Part shown: in pieces, positions 27,258 to 36,295 of the stretch
Position numbering within the stretch: the stretch's first letter is position 1
How the letters are laid out: every line of letters begins with the position of its first letter
Source: Thermoguttaceae bacterium
GTDB lineage: Bacteria > Planctomycetota > Planctomycetia > Pirellulales > Thermoguttaceae
Direction of reading: 5' to 3'
NCBI GenBank assembly: GCA_017436025.1
Contig: JAFSDX010000034.1
Coordinates: forward strand, 6,210 to 70,209
DNA: 64,000 nucleotides
Translations under genes and position numbers: made by a program
The notes under the pieces: model-generated
Told to the model about the DNA's origin: nothing
The model's database searches: none
What the model saw: only the letters and a program-made list of their open reading frames with translations

Positions 27258-27752
27258 ATGACGGATATTACAACGTTTCACGACGACAATACCCGCGCCT
27301 TTCCTTTGTTCGGGCAAGCGTTTACGGCGGCGGTCGACGCGCTCGAATACGGGAAATCGCGCGTTAATCGCGTCGAAAATATCGAAACCGTTCTCGGCGC
27401 CCAAACGCAAAATTTTCGGTACGACGCAACTTCTTTAACCGTCGAATTTGCAAACGGTCGCTTTCTTCGGCTCCGCGTCGCCGACGGTCGACTTCAAGGC
27501 GAAGTTTTCGCAAGCCGACCCGCGAGGCAAGCGCCGAACGTCGAGGCGCTTCGCGTCGTTTACGACGACGGCGCGGTCGACTGGACAAGCGACTTCTTCG
27601 ACAAGTACGTCGGTAAAACCTTTAAGCGCGTCCACTTAGAACGCGGCGTCGTTTGGCTTTACTTCGAAAACGCCGAAACGCTGTTAACCGGCGTCGCAAT
27701 GCACGTCGCGGAACGAAAAACGCCGATTTTAAAATTAAGCGACGAAGATTGA
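27258..27752 (+). CDS. Hypothetical protein (164 aa)
   Basis: ATG-initiated ORF in a gap with no competing ORF. Normal amino-acid composition. No motif recognised. Confidence 0.5.
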   Translation: MTDITTFHDDNTRAFPLFGQAFTAAVDALEYGKSRVNRVENIETVLGAQTQNFRYDATSLTVEFANGRFLRLRVADGRLQGEVFASRPARQAPNVEALRVVYDDGAVDWTSDFFDKYVGKTFKRVHLERGVVWLYFENAETLLTGVAMHVAERKTPILKLSDED

Positions 27753-27825
27753 AACCTTTACGACGCCGGTCGGTTCGTTTTCCGACGTCGCGTCAACGCA
27801 ACGACGCAACGTCAAACGTTGGGGC

Positions 27826-27870
27826 AAAATAAAACCGCCGCGCTCGGCGTTCCGGAGCGCGGCGGTTTCG
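27826..27870. terminator. Bidirectional rho-independent terminator between convergent genes
   Basis: 12-bp perfect stem ACCGCCGCGCTC / GAGCGCGGCGGT (27834-27845 / 27855-27866). It is flanked by AAAATAAAA upstream and TTTCGGTT downstream. Confidence 0.7.
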
Positions 27871-27904
27871 GTTAATCAAGCGCAAACCGAATCAACGCAA
27901 GCGG

Positions 27905-29767
27905 TTACGCGTTCTTTTTCGCCAATTTCTCGACCGCGTAAGCCGCCGGGGAAATCGTCTTTTTGCGGTCGAGCGGCCAGCTCTCCATTTCGTCGAGCGC
28001 TTCGAAGATCGCGACGCAAGCCGTTCGATAATCGACTTTAGCGATTTCGGAAACGAGACGGACGCTGCGGTCGATCAGCTTTTTGTTCGTCGCGTCGACG
28101 TGCGCCATCCAGTTCCCGTTCAGGCGGCCGAACTTGCCCATCGTCGCGCTCGAAATATTGTTCAGCGCTAACTTTAACGCAATGTGCGCGAACACGTCGA
28201 GCGGCGTCGCAACCATCGGCGCTTTAAATTTGAAAACGCGGGCGCCGTCGACCGCTTTGCGTTTCTCGGAGTCGCAACCGCAATCCGTTTCTCCGCAAGC
28301 GTTTACACCGAGCGTATTTTCGACCAAAAACGCGATTTTTTGTTCGAAGGGCGCGGCGCCCTTTTCGAACGCGGCGAACCACTCGTCGGCGGAGTCGCCC
28401 CAAATTTGCGTCTCCGCGTCGGCCAAGACCGCGACGGCGGCGTTCGGCGAAACCTCCGTTCGCGACGGGTCGGCTTCGTTCCCAATCGGGAAGCGGTACA
28501 CGGCGGCGCGCCCAATCTTCGGCGGGTCAAGGATTTGCGCCGACGTCCCGCCCATCGCGCGGTAATCGTCCGGCGTCCATTCGAGACAGCGCGGCTCGAC
28601 CCCGCCGAGAAGCCAAATCCACGCGTCCTTCGCCGAGCGCATCGGGTCTTTCACAAACGCCCAAGGCGCGGGCGCTTCCGTCTCGTCGAGCGAACGGAAC
28701 GGCGGGATTTTGAAGGTCGGCGAACGCTCCGTCGTGTCGGTGAAGACGTCAAGTTCGTAATCTCGCGCAAAATAGGTAATCCGCCCGCCGCGCCGGTAAA
28801 CGTCCGTCTCGAACTCAACGTAAGAGGCCGCCGTTTCGACGTTTGCGTCCGAACGAATCGCTTCCAAAAACGCGTCGAACGCCTCCGCTTTTTCGGTCGG
28901 CGACTTCTCTTCAAAGCCGAGCGCGGCGAACTCGTCGGCGGTTAACGTTTCTTTAAGTCGTTTAGTAACGGCGGTTTCGAACGCAAATCCGGCGACGAGA
29001 AGCTCGATCGTCGTCGCTTGCATTCGCGTCGACCCGGCGATCGCCATCGGGCCGGTCGTCAGGTTGACGACGGTAACTCGTTCGTCTTCAATCACTTGAC
29101 GCGAACGTTCGACCCGCGACGCCATCAGGTCGCTCGGGTTGTTGAAGAGGAAAAACGCGGGAATTCCGGCGTCGACGGCGGCGAAAATCGTTCCGATGAC
29201 CGACGACGTTTCGCCCCCTTCGCTGATCGCGACAAGGACGTCGTTCGGGCCGATTCCCGCTTGTTCGAACTGCTTGCGGCCAAAGGAGATAAAGTCTTCA
29301 AAACTTTCGACGGAGCGAATCAGCGCAAAGTCGCCGCCGGTCATCACGGCGTTCGTTTGCGCGGCGAGCGTTCGGAAAAAGTCGGCGCGGCTCGGCAACT
29401 TCTCGGCGCTCGTTCGGCAGAACTTTTTGTTCGCGGCGTCGAGGAGAATCGAGAGGCGCCCGGTCGCGCCGCACCCGCTGAACGAAACGCGGCCTCCGGC
29501 GCTTAACGCCTTATAAATCGCGGTTTCGAGCGCGGCGAACTCCGGCGACGCGATCGTCTTTTTGAGAACCGGCGGAATGTCGTCGTCGACCGAAAAGAGT
29601 TGGCGCATCCCGGCCGCGACGTCGGTTTCGAGCGTCTGCGAGAGCGTCCGCGTCTTCGGGTGCGACTGCTCCGTCGTCAACGCGCCCAAGTGAAACTGCG
29701 TCTCGTTTTGAATAAAATCCTCGGCCTTTTCCAACGGCGTCGCCGCGCGTTCGAACGAAGTTTCCAT
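27905..29767 (-). CDS. Double-length SIS-domain protein of the MurQ (MurNAc-6-P etherase) / glucokinase-regulatory-protein family
   Basis: N-terminal LGALTTEQSHPKTRTLSQ and SFSGCGATGRLSILLDA are MurQ/GKRP-type SIS signatures, together with ISEGGETSSVI. At 620 aa it is about twice the length of MurQ. Confidence 0.65.
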   Translation of the reverse strand: METSFERAATPLEKAEDFIQNETQFHLGALTTEQSHPKTRTLSQTLETDVAAGMRQLFSVDDDIPPVLKKTIASPEFAALETAIYKALSAGGRVSFSGCGATGRLSILLDAANKKFCRTSAEKLPSRADFFRTLAAQTNAVMTGGDFALIRSVESFEDFISFGRKQFEQAGIGPNDVLVAISEGGETSSVIGTIFAAVDAGIPAFFLFNNPSDLMASRVERSRQVIEDERVTVVNLTTGPMAIAGSTRMQATTIELLVAGFAFETAVTKRLKETLTADEFAALGFEEKSPTEKAEAFDAFLEAIRSDANVETAASYVEFETDVYRRGGRITYFARDYELDVFTDTTERSPTFKIPPFRSLDETEAPAPWAFVKDPMRSAKDAWIWLLGGVEPRCLEWTPDDYRAMGGTSAQILDPPKIGRAAVYRFPIGNEADPSRTEVSPNAAVAVLADAETQIWGDSADEWFAAFEKGAAPFEQKIAFLVENTLGVNACGETDCGCDSEKRKAVDGARVFKFKAPMVATPLDVFAHIALKLALNNISSATMGKFGRLNGNWMAHVDATNKKLIDRSVRLVSEIAKVDYRTACVAIFEALDEMESWPLDRKKTISPAAYAVEKLAKKNA

Positions 29768-29834
29768 CGCTTTTCCTTTCGTTTATCGTCAATAAAGACA
29801 AGAGATACCGTTTTCAATTTTAACCGACGAGTCG

Positions 29835-31241
29835 TCAAGCGGCGGTTTCAGCGGACGTCGCGTTCGCGGCGGCCTCCGCGTCGATTCGCTTTTGACGGTC
29901 GCGAGCGAACGTGCCGAACGCGGCGAAACCGACGCAGATCGCGCCGATCAGCCAAGCGCAAGACAAGGCGGTAAAAGCGGTTCGGTAACCGTCGACGTAC
30001 CCTTGCGCCCGGCCCGCTTCTTCGCCCAGCTCCGCGACCGACGCCGCGACCGCCGAGTCGACGCAAGCGCCGACCATCTGCGCCGACCAAGAACCGATCA
30101 AAAACGCGAACATAATCATAAAGCCGACCGTCGTCGAACGATACTTCGCCGGCACCGTCTCGAACACCGCCGCGTGCGTGTTGCACTCGTAAAAACCGCG
30201 GCAAACGCCCATCAAGAAGAAGAGACCGAAAGGCGCCTCCGGAGAACCGGCCCGCCCCATCGCCGCGACGACCGGAACGCCGAGCGCCATCGCCAAGCAT
30301 TGCAATTTCGGGCGGAACGTCGGCCAACGGCGCGAAACTCGGTCGCTCAACGACGCGCCGACGAAGATGAAAATCAGCGCCGCGATATGGTGCCAAAACA
30401 TCCCGTGAAAGCCCGCGCTCGTCGGCGTCAACGCGAAACGGTCTTGAAGGAATTTCGGAACGACGTTCAAATAAGCGTTGTTGACGAAAACGATCGCGGT
30501 GAAACCGACCGTCAAGCACAACGCCGACGGGTTGCGGAAGATCATCGCCAAAAATTCGCCGACCGAAACCTTGTCGCCGCTCGACTTCGGCGCTTCTCCG
30601 CCGCTTGCGTTCCCTTCCGACGCCGGGTCGCGGAGCCGACAAATTAGGAGGCAACCGATCGCGACGCTAATACCGCCGAACGTCCAAAACGCCGCGCGCC
30701 AACTCAACCGTTCGCTCAACCAACCGCCGACCAAGCCGCAGAAGATAACGCTCAAATAAACCGCCGTCTGGTGAATCGACAACGCAAACGACCGCGTTTC
30801 CTTGTGATACGACGCGATCAAACTCGTCGACGCCGGGCCGTAAAACGCCTCCGCGACGACCAAACCGACGCTGTTGAAAAGAATCAACGCCAAAACGCTC
30901 CAAGACGCGCCCGTCAAGAGCGTCGCCGCGCTCCAACAGAAAAGGCAGCCGATCAAGAGCTTGCGTTTGTTCGCTTTGTCGCCGACGAAACCGGCCAGCG
31001 GAACGACCAACGCCATCAGCGCGAACATAATCGTTCGCGTCATATAGAGCGTTTGGTCGCTTAAGTGGAACTCCGACTTAATCGACGTCGCGACGACGCC
31101 GTAAATCGCGCGGTCGGACTGATGGAAGAAGTACGCCAAAAAGAGGAGCGCAAGCAACTCCCAACGGTAAAACGACGAAATCGGTTTCGCCGGACGCGGA
31201 ACGTCCGGAACGCGCTTTTCGCTCGACGACGAACGCGACAT
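29835..31241 (-). CDS. MFS transporter
   Basis: About 12 hydrophobic helices and an FHQSDRAIYG motif after TM1. The ATG at 31241 is preceded by GGAGAG. The track start at 31322 is less likely. Confidence 0.8.
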   Translation of the reverse strand: MSRSSSSEKRVPDVPRPAKPISSFYRWELLALLFLAYFFHQSDRAIYGVVATSIKSEFHLSDQTLYMTRTIMFALMALVVPLAGFVGDKANKRKLLIGCLFCWSAATLLTGASWSVLALILFNSVGLVVAEAFYGPASTSLIASYHKETRSFALSIHQTAVYLSVIFCGLVGGWLSERLSWRAAFWTFGGISVAIGCLLICRLRDPASEGNASGGEAPKSSGDKVSVGEFLAMIFRNPSALCLTVGFTAIVFVNNAYLNVVPKFLQDRFALTPTSAGFHGMFWHHIAALIFIFVGASLSDRVSRRWPTFRPKLQCLAMALGVPVVAAMGRAGSPEAPFGLFFLMGVCRGFYECNTHAAVFETVPAKYRSTTVGFMIMFAFLIGSWSAQMVGACVDSAVAASVAELGEEAGRAQGYVDGYRTAFTALSCAWLIGAICVGFAAFGTFARDRQKRIDAEAAANATSAETAA

Positions 31242-31367
31242 TTTTCTCTCCTTCAACGAGTTAAATTCGATAAGTTTGGTCGAGAAAACGTCGCGCGTCG
31301 GGCGGCGTCGCTCGAATTGCAAACGCCGCCTCCGAAACGCTTCGAAGCCGTTAAAGGCGGGCGGACG

Positions 31368-32588
31368 TTAAATTTCGGGGTCGTTCCAAACGGCGCGCAA
31401 CCGTTCGGCGGCGGTCTCCGGCGAAATCGGGTTGACGTCGACGCCGCTCCCCTGCTCGTACCCGGCTTTCTTTGCCAAACTCGGCAAAATCAACCAACGC
31501 GGTCGGAAAAGCCCGGCGCCCTCGGCGAGCGAACCGTCGAGGCGGCTCGGCGCGTTGCGGAAAACGACGTTGTGCGCCAATTCCGACGTCGCGTCCGCGT
31601 CGAAACGGCGGCGAGCGCGTTCGAGAGCCGCGACCAAATCGCGGGAAAGTCGGGCCAGCTCCGAAACGGCGGCGTCGGCGGCGTCTTCGAAGAAACCGTC
31701 GAACTTTTGCCAAATCGCGACTTCCATCGGAAAACGGCTCGCGAACGGGCAAAGCGCGACAAAACGCTCCGTCTCGGCGACGATTCGCGAACCGTCGGCC
31801 AATTCGGCGTTTAGGAGCGCGTCCCAAAAACCGAGTTCGTCGCCGCGCGCCTTGCGTCCCCGTTCGTATCGGATTAAACGCTCGACCTCGACGCGGACGT
31901 CCGGCGGCAGGAAGTTCGTCGCCGTCAGTTGGCAGTGCGAGTGCCCTTGCGACGCGCCGGCGTCGGAACCGACGTTCTTGAAAATAAAGGAGTAAGCGTA
32001 TTTGCCGGAGTCGCGCAACGCTCGCAGGCGCCAACGGAACGCCAAAAACGCCGACTCGATTTCCGCGTCGGAAAAGTCGCTCCAACCGCGAGCGTGCCGG
32101 TCGCAGTCGACGATCACCTCGTGTTTGCCGAGCCCGGTCGCCGTTTGGAAAAGCGCGCCCGCTTCGAGCGCCGCCGCGCCGTCGTCCTCGAACGCCGCCG
32201 ACGGTTGTTCGTCCGCCGCGCTCCCGACGACGTCCGCCGGGCGAAACATCGGGTACTTGTTTTCGAAAACGCGAACGTTCCAGCGCAACCCGTCGACTTC
32301 GGCGTCCGACTCGGCCTCGCGGAAGAGCGTTTTTCCGGTAGTCAACCGCGCTCCAATGAGACAGACGCGCGGCGTCATCGACTCCGAACCGGGGCAAAAA
32401 GGACAAAAAGAGTCGGGGCCGTCGACCGTCGCGTTCGCGACTTTGTCGCCGCTCGGCTCCAAATTCGTCGGACGAGAACCGCGTCCTTCGGCGATCAGGG
32501 CCCAGCGCCCGGTCGCGGGATCGAGTCGAAATTCGGAGCCGGTCGCGTCGACCGCGGCGCCCCTTCCGCCGTTCAAAACGTTCTCCAT
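31368..32588 (-). CDS. Galactose-1-phosphate uridylyltransferase-like (GalT-branch HIT) nucleotidyltransferase
   Basis: EFRLDPATGRWALIAEGRGSRP, the Zn-site-like motif CPFCPGSE, and the His motif SQGHSHCQL (HxHxQ). The start is uncertain (32588 ATG or 32708). Confidence 0.65.
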   Translation of the reverse strand: MENVLNGGRGAAVDATGSEFRLDPATGRWALIAEGRGSRPTNLEPSGDKVANATVDGPDSFCPFCPGSESMTPRVCLIGARLTTGKTLFREAESDAEVDGLRWNVRVFENKYPMFRPADVVGSAADEQPSAAFEDDGAAALEAGALFQTATGLGKHEVIVDCDRHARGWSDFSDAEIESAFLAFRWRLRALRDSGKYAYSFIFKNVGSDAGASQGHSHCQLTATNFLPPDVRVEVERLIRYERGRKARGDELGFWDALLNAELADGSRIVAETERFVALCPFASRFPMEVAIWQKFDGFFEDAADAAVSELARLSRDLVAALERARRRFDADATSELAHNVVFRNAPSRLDGSLAEGAGLFRPRWLILPSLAKKAGYEQGSGVDVNPISPETAAERLRAVWNDPEI

Positions 32589-32829
32589 CGTTGTCGTCGC
32601 AAGCGTTCCGTCGAACGCCGCCCAACCTTTCTCGTTAAAAATCGTCGTAAACTTAATGGAACAAAGCGCGCCGACGCCCGTTTCCAAGCGCCGACGCGGC
32701 GTCGTCAAACGTCGCGAAGCGGCAAAACGCCCCCGGCGTCGCGAACGAACGCTTTAACGTTTTAACGCTAAACCGTTTCGTTCGCGAACGTTCGGAACGA
32801 CCGTTTTTCCCGCCTTACGTTAAAGACGA

Positions 32830-34140
32830 CTAGCGGGTAACGGTGTGGTAAACTTGACCGATACCCGGGACTTGAATCTTGTAACGGCCTTGTTCGTCTT
32901 GGACGTTCCACGGGGTTCCGTCCCAAGCGTAGGACGACGGCGCGTAAGATTTTTCGCTCTTCATCGCGTCTTCCCAGGTGATCTTGGCGCCGGTGTAGCA
33001 GGCTTCGCGGGCCATAATCCCCATCATCGTCGACTTGGCCATATATTCGCCGTTGTTGATCGTGTCGATCTTGCCGCGGATCGATTTGTACATTTCGATG
33101 TGTTCGAGCGTGTACATATCGGACGCGACTTTCTTTTGTTGGTAAATAACCTTGCCGTCGAGGTCGGTGATGCGCGCGCCGCCGAGGACGGTCGCGAAGC
33201 CCTTCGTCCCGGCGAAGTGCGCGTTGTTTTCGCCCCAGCAACCGTTTTGTTGACGGCAGAGGGAGTAGAACGTCGTTCCGTTGCCGTATTCGAAGACGGC
33301 GGCCATCGAGTCGTAAATGTCGCCGTTGGCCGGTTGTTCGACGCGTTGCATGCGAGCGCCGAGACCGTAGCAGGAGACCGGCGCGGCGTCGTTCATCGCC
33401 CAAAGCGCTTTGTCGAGCGTGTGGACGTGTTGTTCGACGTTGAAGTCGCCGGAGAGCCAAGCGTAGTTGTACCAGTTGCGGACTTGGTACATCATTTCGG
33501 TGTCGCCTTCTTGACGCGGGCGCTTCCAGAGTTGCGACGTCAGGTAGGTCAAGCGACCGGAGGTAACGTCGCCGATGGCGCCGTCGAGGATGCGTTCCAT
33601 CATGTCTTTGACGTTAAGGTCGTAACGCCAGCAGAGACCGGAAACGAGGGTGAGGCCCTTTTTCTTGGCGATTTCGGTCGATTCGAGGACGGAGCGAATG
33701 CCCGGGGCGTCGGTCGCGACCGGTTTTTCGGCGAAGGCGTGTTTGTCGTTTTCGACGGCGTAACGGAGCGAACGAGCGCGGAAGGCCGGGGTTTCGCAGA
33801 GGAGCGCGACGTCGGCTTTGTCGATCGCTTGTTTGTAAGCGTCGAGGCCCCAGAAGACGCCGTCTTTCAGGTCGACGCGGTCTTCGAATTGCGCTTGGAG
33901 ACCTTCGGCGGCGCCTTTGGCGTTCGCTTCGAACGCGTCGGCGATGGCGACGATTTTAACGTTCGGGTCGGCGTTGAGGGTGTTGACCGCCGCGCCGCGA
34001 CCGCGACCGCCGCAACCGACCAAAGCGACCTTCAAAACGCCGTCGGTTTCCGCCGCGTGAACTTTCGGAAGACCGGCCGCCAAGACCGCGCCGCCGAGGG
34101 CGCTCGTTTTCAGGAAATTACGTCGAGAAAAATTGCTCAT
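32830..34140 (-). CDS. Gfo/Idh/MocA-family oxidoreductase with a canonical Tat signal
   Basis: MSNFSRRNFLKTSALGGAVLAAGLPKVHA (SRRxFLK), then the Rossmann motif VALVGCGGRGRGAA. AAGGAG lies upstream. Confidence 0.8.
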   Translation of the reverse strand: MSNFSRRNFLKTSALGGAVLAAGLPKVHAAETDGVLKVALVGCGGRGRGAAVNTLNADPNVKIVAIADAFEANAKGAAEGLQAQFEDRVDLKDGVFWGLDAYKQAIDKADVALLCETPAFRARSLRYAVENDKHAFAEKPVATDAPGIRSVLESTEIAKKKGLTLVSGLCWRYDLNVKDMMERILDGAIGDVTSGRLTYLTSQLWKRPRQEGDTEMMYQVRNWYNYAWLSGDFNVEQHVHTLDKALWAMNDAAPVSCYGLGARMQRVEQPANGDIYDSMAAVFEYGNGTTFYSLCRQQNGCWGENNAHFAGTKGFATVLGGARITDLDGKVIYQQKKVASDMYTLEHIEMYKSIRGKIDTINNGEYMAKSTMMGIMAREACYTGAKITWEDAMKSEKSYAPSSYAWDGTPWNVQDEQGRYKIQVPGIGQVYHTVTR

Positions 34141-34320
34141 CTGATTCTCCTTAAAATATTTCGGATAACGCGGCGCCTTGCGACGCGCGCAAAACCTAAG
34201 CGGGCCGACTCGTGAAAACCGAGACCGCTAAAATATCGTTAACAACGTTAAATTCGGCAAACGCCCGACGTCGCCGACGCGGCGCCGAACGCTTCGTTTG
34301 TTCCCTTAAATCGAGCGCGA

Positions 34321-35634
34321 TTAGCGTTTGACCGAGTGATAAACCAACCCGGCGCCCGGAACCGCGACCTTGTAACGACCGTTCGCGTCCGGCGTGTTGC
34401 GCGGCGTTCCGTCCCAAGTATATTCGCTCGGGCCGAACGTTTCGTCGCTATTCCAAACTTCGTCCCAACCGACGCGCTTCCCGGTGTAGCAGGCGGTTCG
34501 GGCCATAATCCCCATCGCGGTCGCTTTGGCCATATAGTCGCCGTTGTTGATCGTGTCGATCTCGCCGCGCACCGACTTAAAGAGTTCGCGGTGTTCGAGT
34601 TCGTACATATCGGACTCGACCTTTTCCTGTTGGTAGATCACCTTGCCGTCGAGGTCGGTGATGCGAGCGTTGCGCAGAACCGCGGCGTGTCCCTTCGTTC
34701 CGGTGAAGTACGCTTCGTTTTCGCTCCAGCAGTTGTCTTGTTGACGGCAGAACGTGTTGAGCGTCGTTCCGTTCGGGTACTCGAAGACCATCGCGGCGGC
34801 GTCGTAAATGTCGCCGTATTCCGGTTGTTCGACGCGTTGCATGCGACCGCCGAGCGCGAAGCAGGAGGCCGGCGGAACGTCGCGCATCGCCCAGAGGCCC
34901 TTGTCGAGCGTGTGAACGTGTTGGCTGAGCATAAAGTCGCCGGAGCAGCCCGCGAAGTTGTACCAGTTGCGGACTTGGTACATCAGTTCCGTGTCCCCCT
35001 CTTGGCGCGGACGCGTCCAAAGTTTCCCGGCGAGGTAATTCAAGCGCGCCGACGTAATCTCGCCGATGGCGCCGTCCAGGATGCGCTTCATCATATCTTG
35101 GACGTTCAAGTCGTAACGCCAGCAGAGCCCGGAAACGAGCGTTAAGCCCTTTTCTTTGGCGATTTGCGCCGACTCGACGACCGAACGAACGCCGGGCGCG
35201 TCGATCGCGTTCGGTTTTTCGGCGAAGACGTGTTTCCCTTGCTCGACGGCGTAACGCATCGAGCGCGGACGGAACGCCGCGACTTCGCAGAGCAAGACGA
35301 CGTCGACGCGATCGACGACTTCTTTATAAGCGTCGAGGCCCCAGAAGACGCCGTCTTTCAGGTCGACGCGGTCTTCGAATTGCGTTTGGAGCCCTTCGGC
35401 GGCGGCTTTGGCGTTCGCTTCGAACGCGTCGGCCAGCGCGACGACCTTCGTGTTCGGGTCGGCGTTCAGCGCGTTGACGATCGCCCCGCGACCGCGCCCG
35501 CCGCACCCGACGAGGCCGATTTTCAGCTCGTTGCGCTCCGCCGCGTGAACGGCGCCCCACGTCAAGCCGGTGAAAACCGTTCCGGCGATCGTTCGAGAAT
35601 TCAAAATCACGTTGCGAGTAAGTTTCGAGGCCAT
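34321..35634 (-). CDS. Gfo/Idh/MocA-family oxidoreductase, tandem paralog lacking the twin-arginine motif
   Basis: Collinear with 32830..34140 over the full length, with long identical runs such as FEDRVDLKDGVFWGLDAY, GLTLVSGLCWRYDLNV and ARITDLDGKVIYQQ. The N-terminus is MASKLTRNVILNSRTIAGTVFTGLTWGAVHA, with no RR. Confidence 0.8.
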   Translation of the reverse strand: MASKLTRNVILNSRTIAGTVFTGLTWGAVHAAERNELKIGLVGCGGRGRGAIVNALNADPNTKVVALADAFEANAKAAAEGLQTQFEDRVDLKDGVFWGLDAYKEVVDRVDVVLLCEVAAFRPRSMRYAVEQGKHVFAEKPNAIDAPGVRSVVESAQIAKEKGLTLVSGLCWRYDLNVQDMMKRILDGAIGEITSARLNYLAGKLWTRPRQEGDTELMYQVRNWYNFAGCSGDFMLSQHVHTLDKGLWAMRDVPPASCFALGGRMQRVEQPEYGDIYDAAAMVFEYPNGTTLNTFCRQQDNCWSENEAYFTGTKGHAAVLRNARITDLDGKVIYQQEKVESDMYELEHRELFKSVRGEIDTINNGDYMAKATAMGIMARTACYTGKRVGWDEVWNSDETFGPSEYTWDGTPRNTPDANGRYKVAVPGAGLVYHSVKR

Positions 35635-36295
35635 CGTCGTCGTTCCGCGTTGTTTAAGGGTGAGACGGTTTCATTCGCTATTTTCAACAAAACCGCTAAA
35701 ATTGTCAAAGTCGCCGTTTCGCCACAGAAACCGGGACTCGCCGACTACCGTTATACCAGCGACCGCCCGCCCTTTCAAGTATCGGCGCGGAATTTTTTTC
35801 GTTTTTTTCCCGACTTTCGCGATTTTCAAGAAAAAATTCGGCGACTTTCGCAAAGCGTTCTCGCGACAAAAACGTATTTTCACCGTTCTTTTTCATCGGC
35901 GTCTTTTCAACTCGGCGCGTTCCGACGTCGGCAAAGCCCTTCTTTTGGCGCGACAAAAAGTCGCGTTTGCGGAACGTTTCCAAATTTCCCGTCTAACCCG
36001 CGCGACCGTCAAAATCGGCGCAACCATTCGCGCAAAAAAGAAAAAATTTGAGAAAAAAAGAAAAAAAACGCTAAAAGTCGGGAACGTCCCCGCTTGACAA
36101 AACGTCTAAAACGAGTAAAAAACTTCAAACGTTCTTTTGTTTTCCGTCCTCGCGCCTCGCCCCCTTTTGCCTTCGTTCTTCGTTTGACGACGAACGTCGC
36201 GTTATTGTGAATCCCGTTTGCTTGCGGTCGACGGCTCGAACGAGAAAACACGTTAAGAACGACGCGTTTCCTTAAAATTTCTTGCGGAGAAAACA

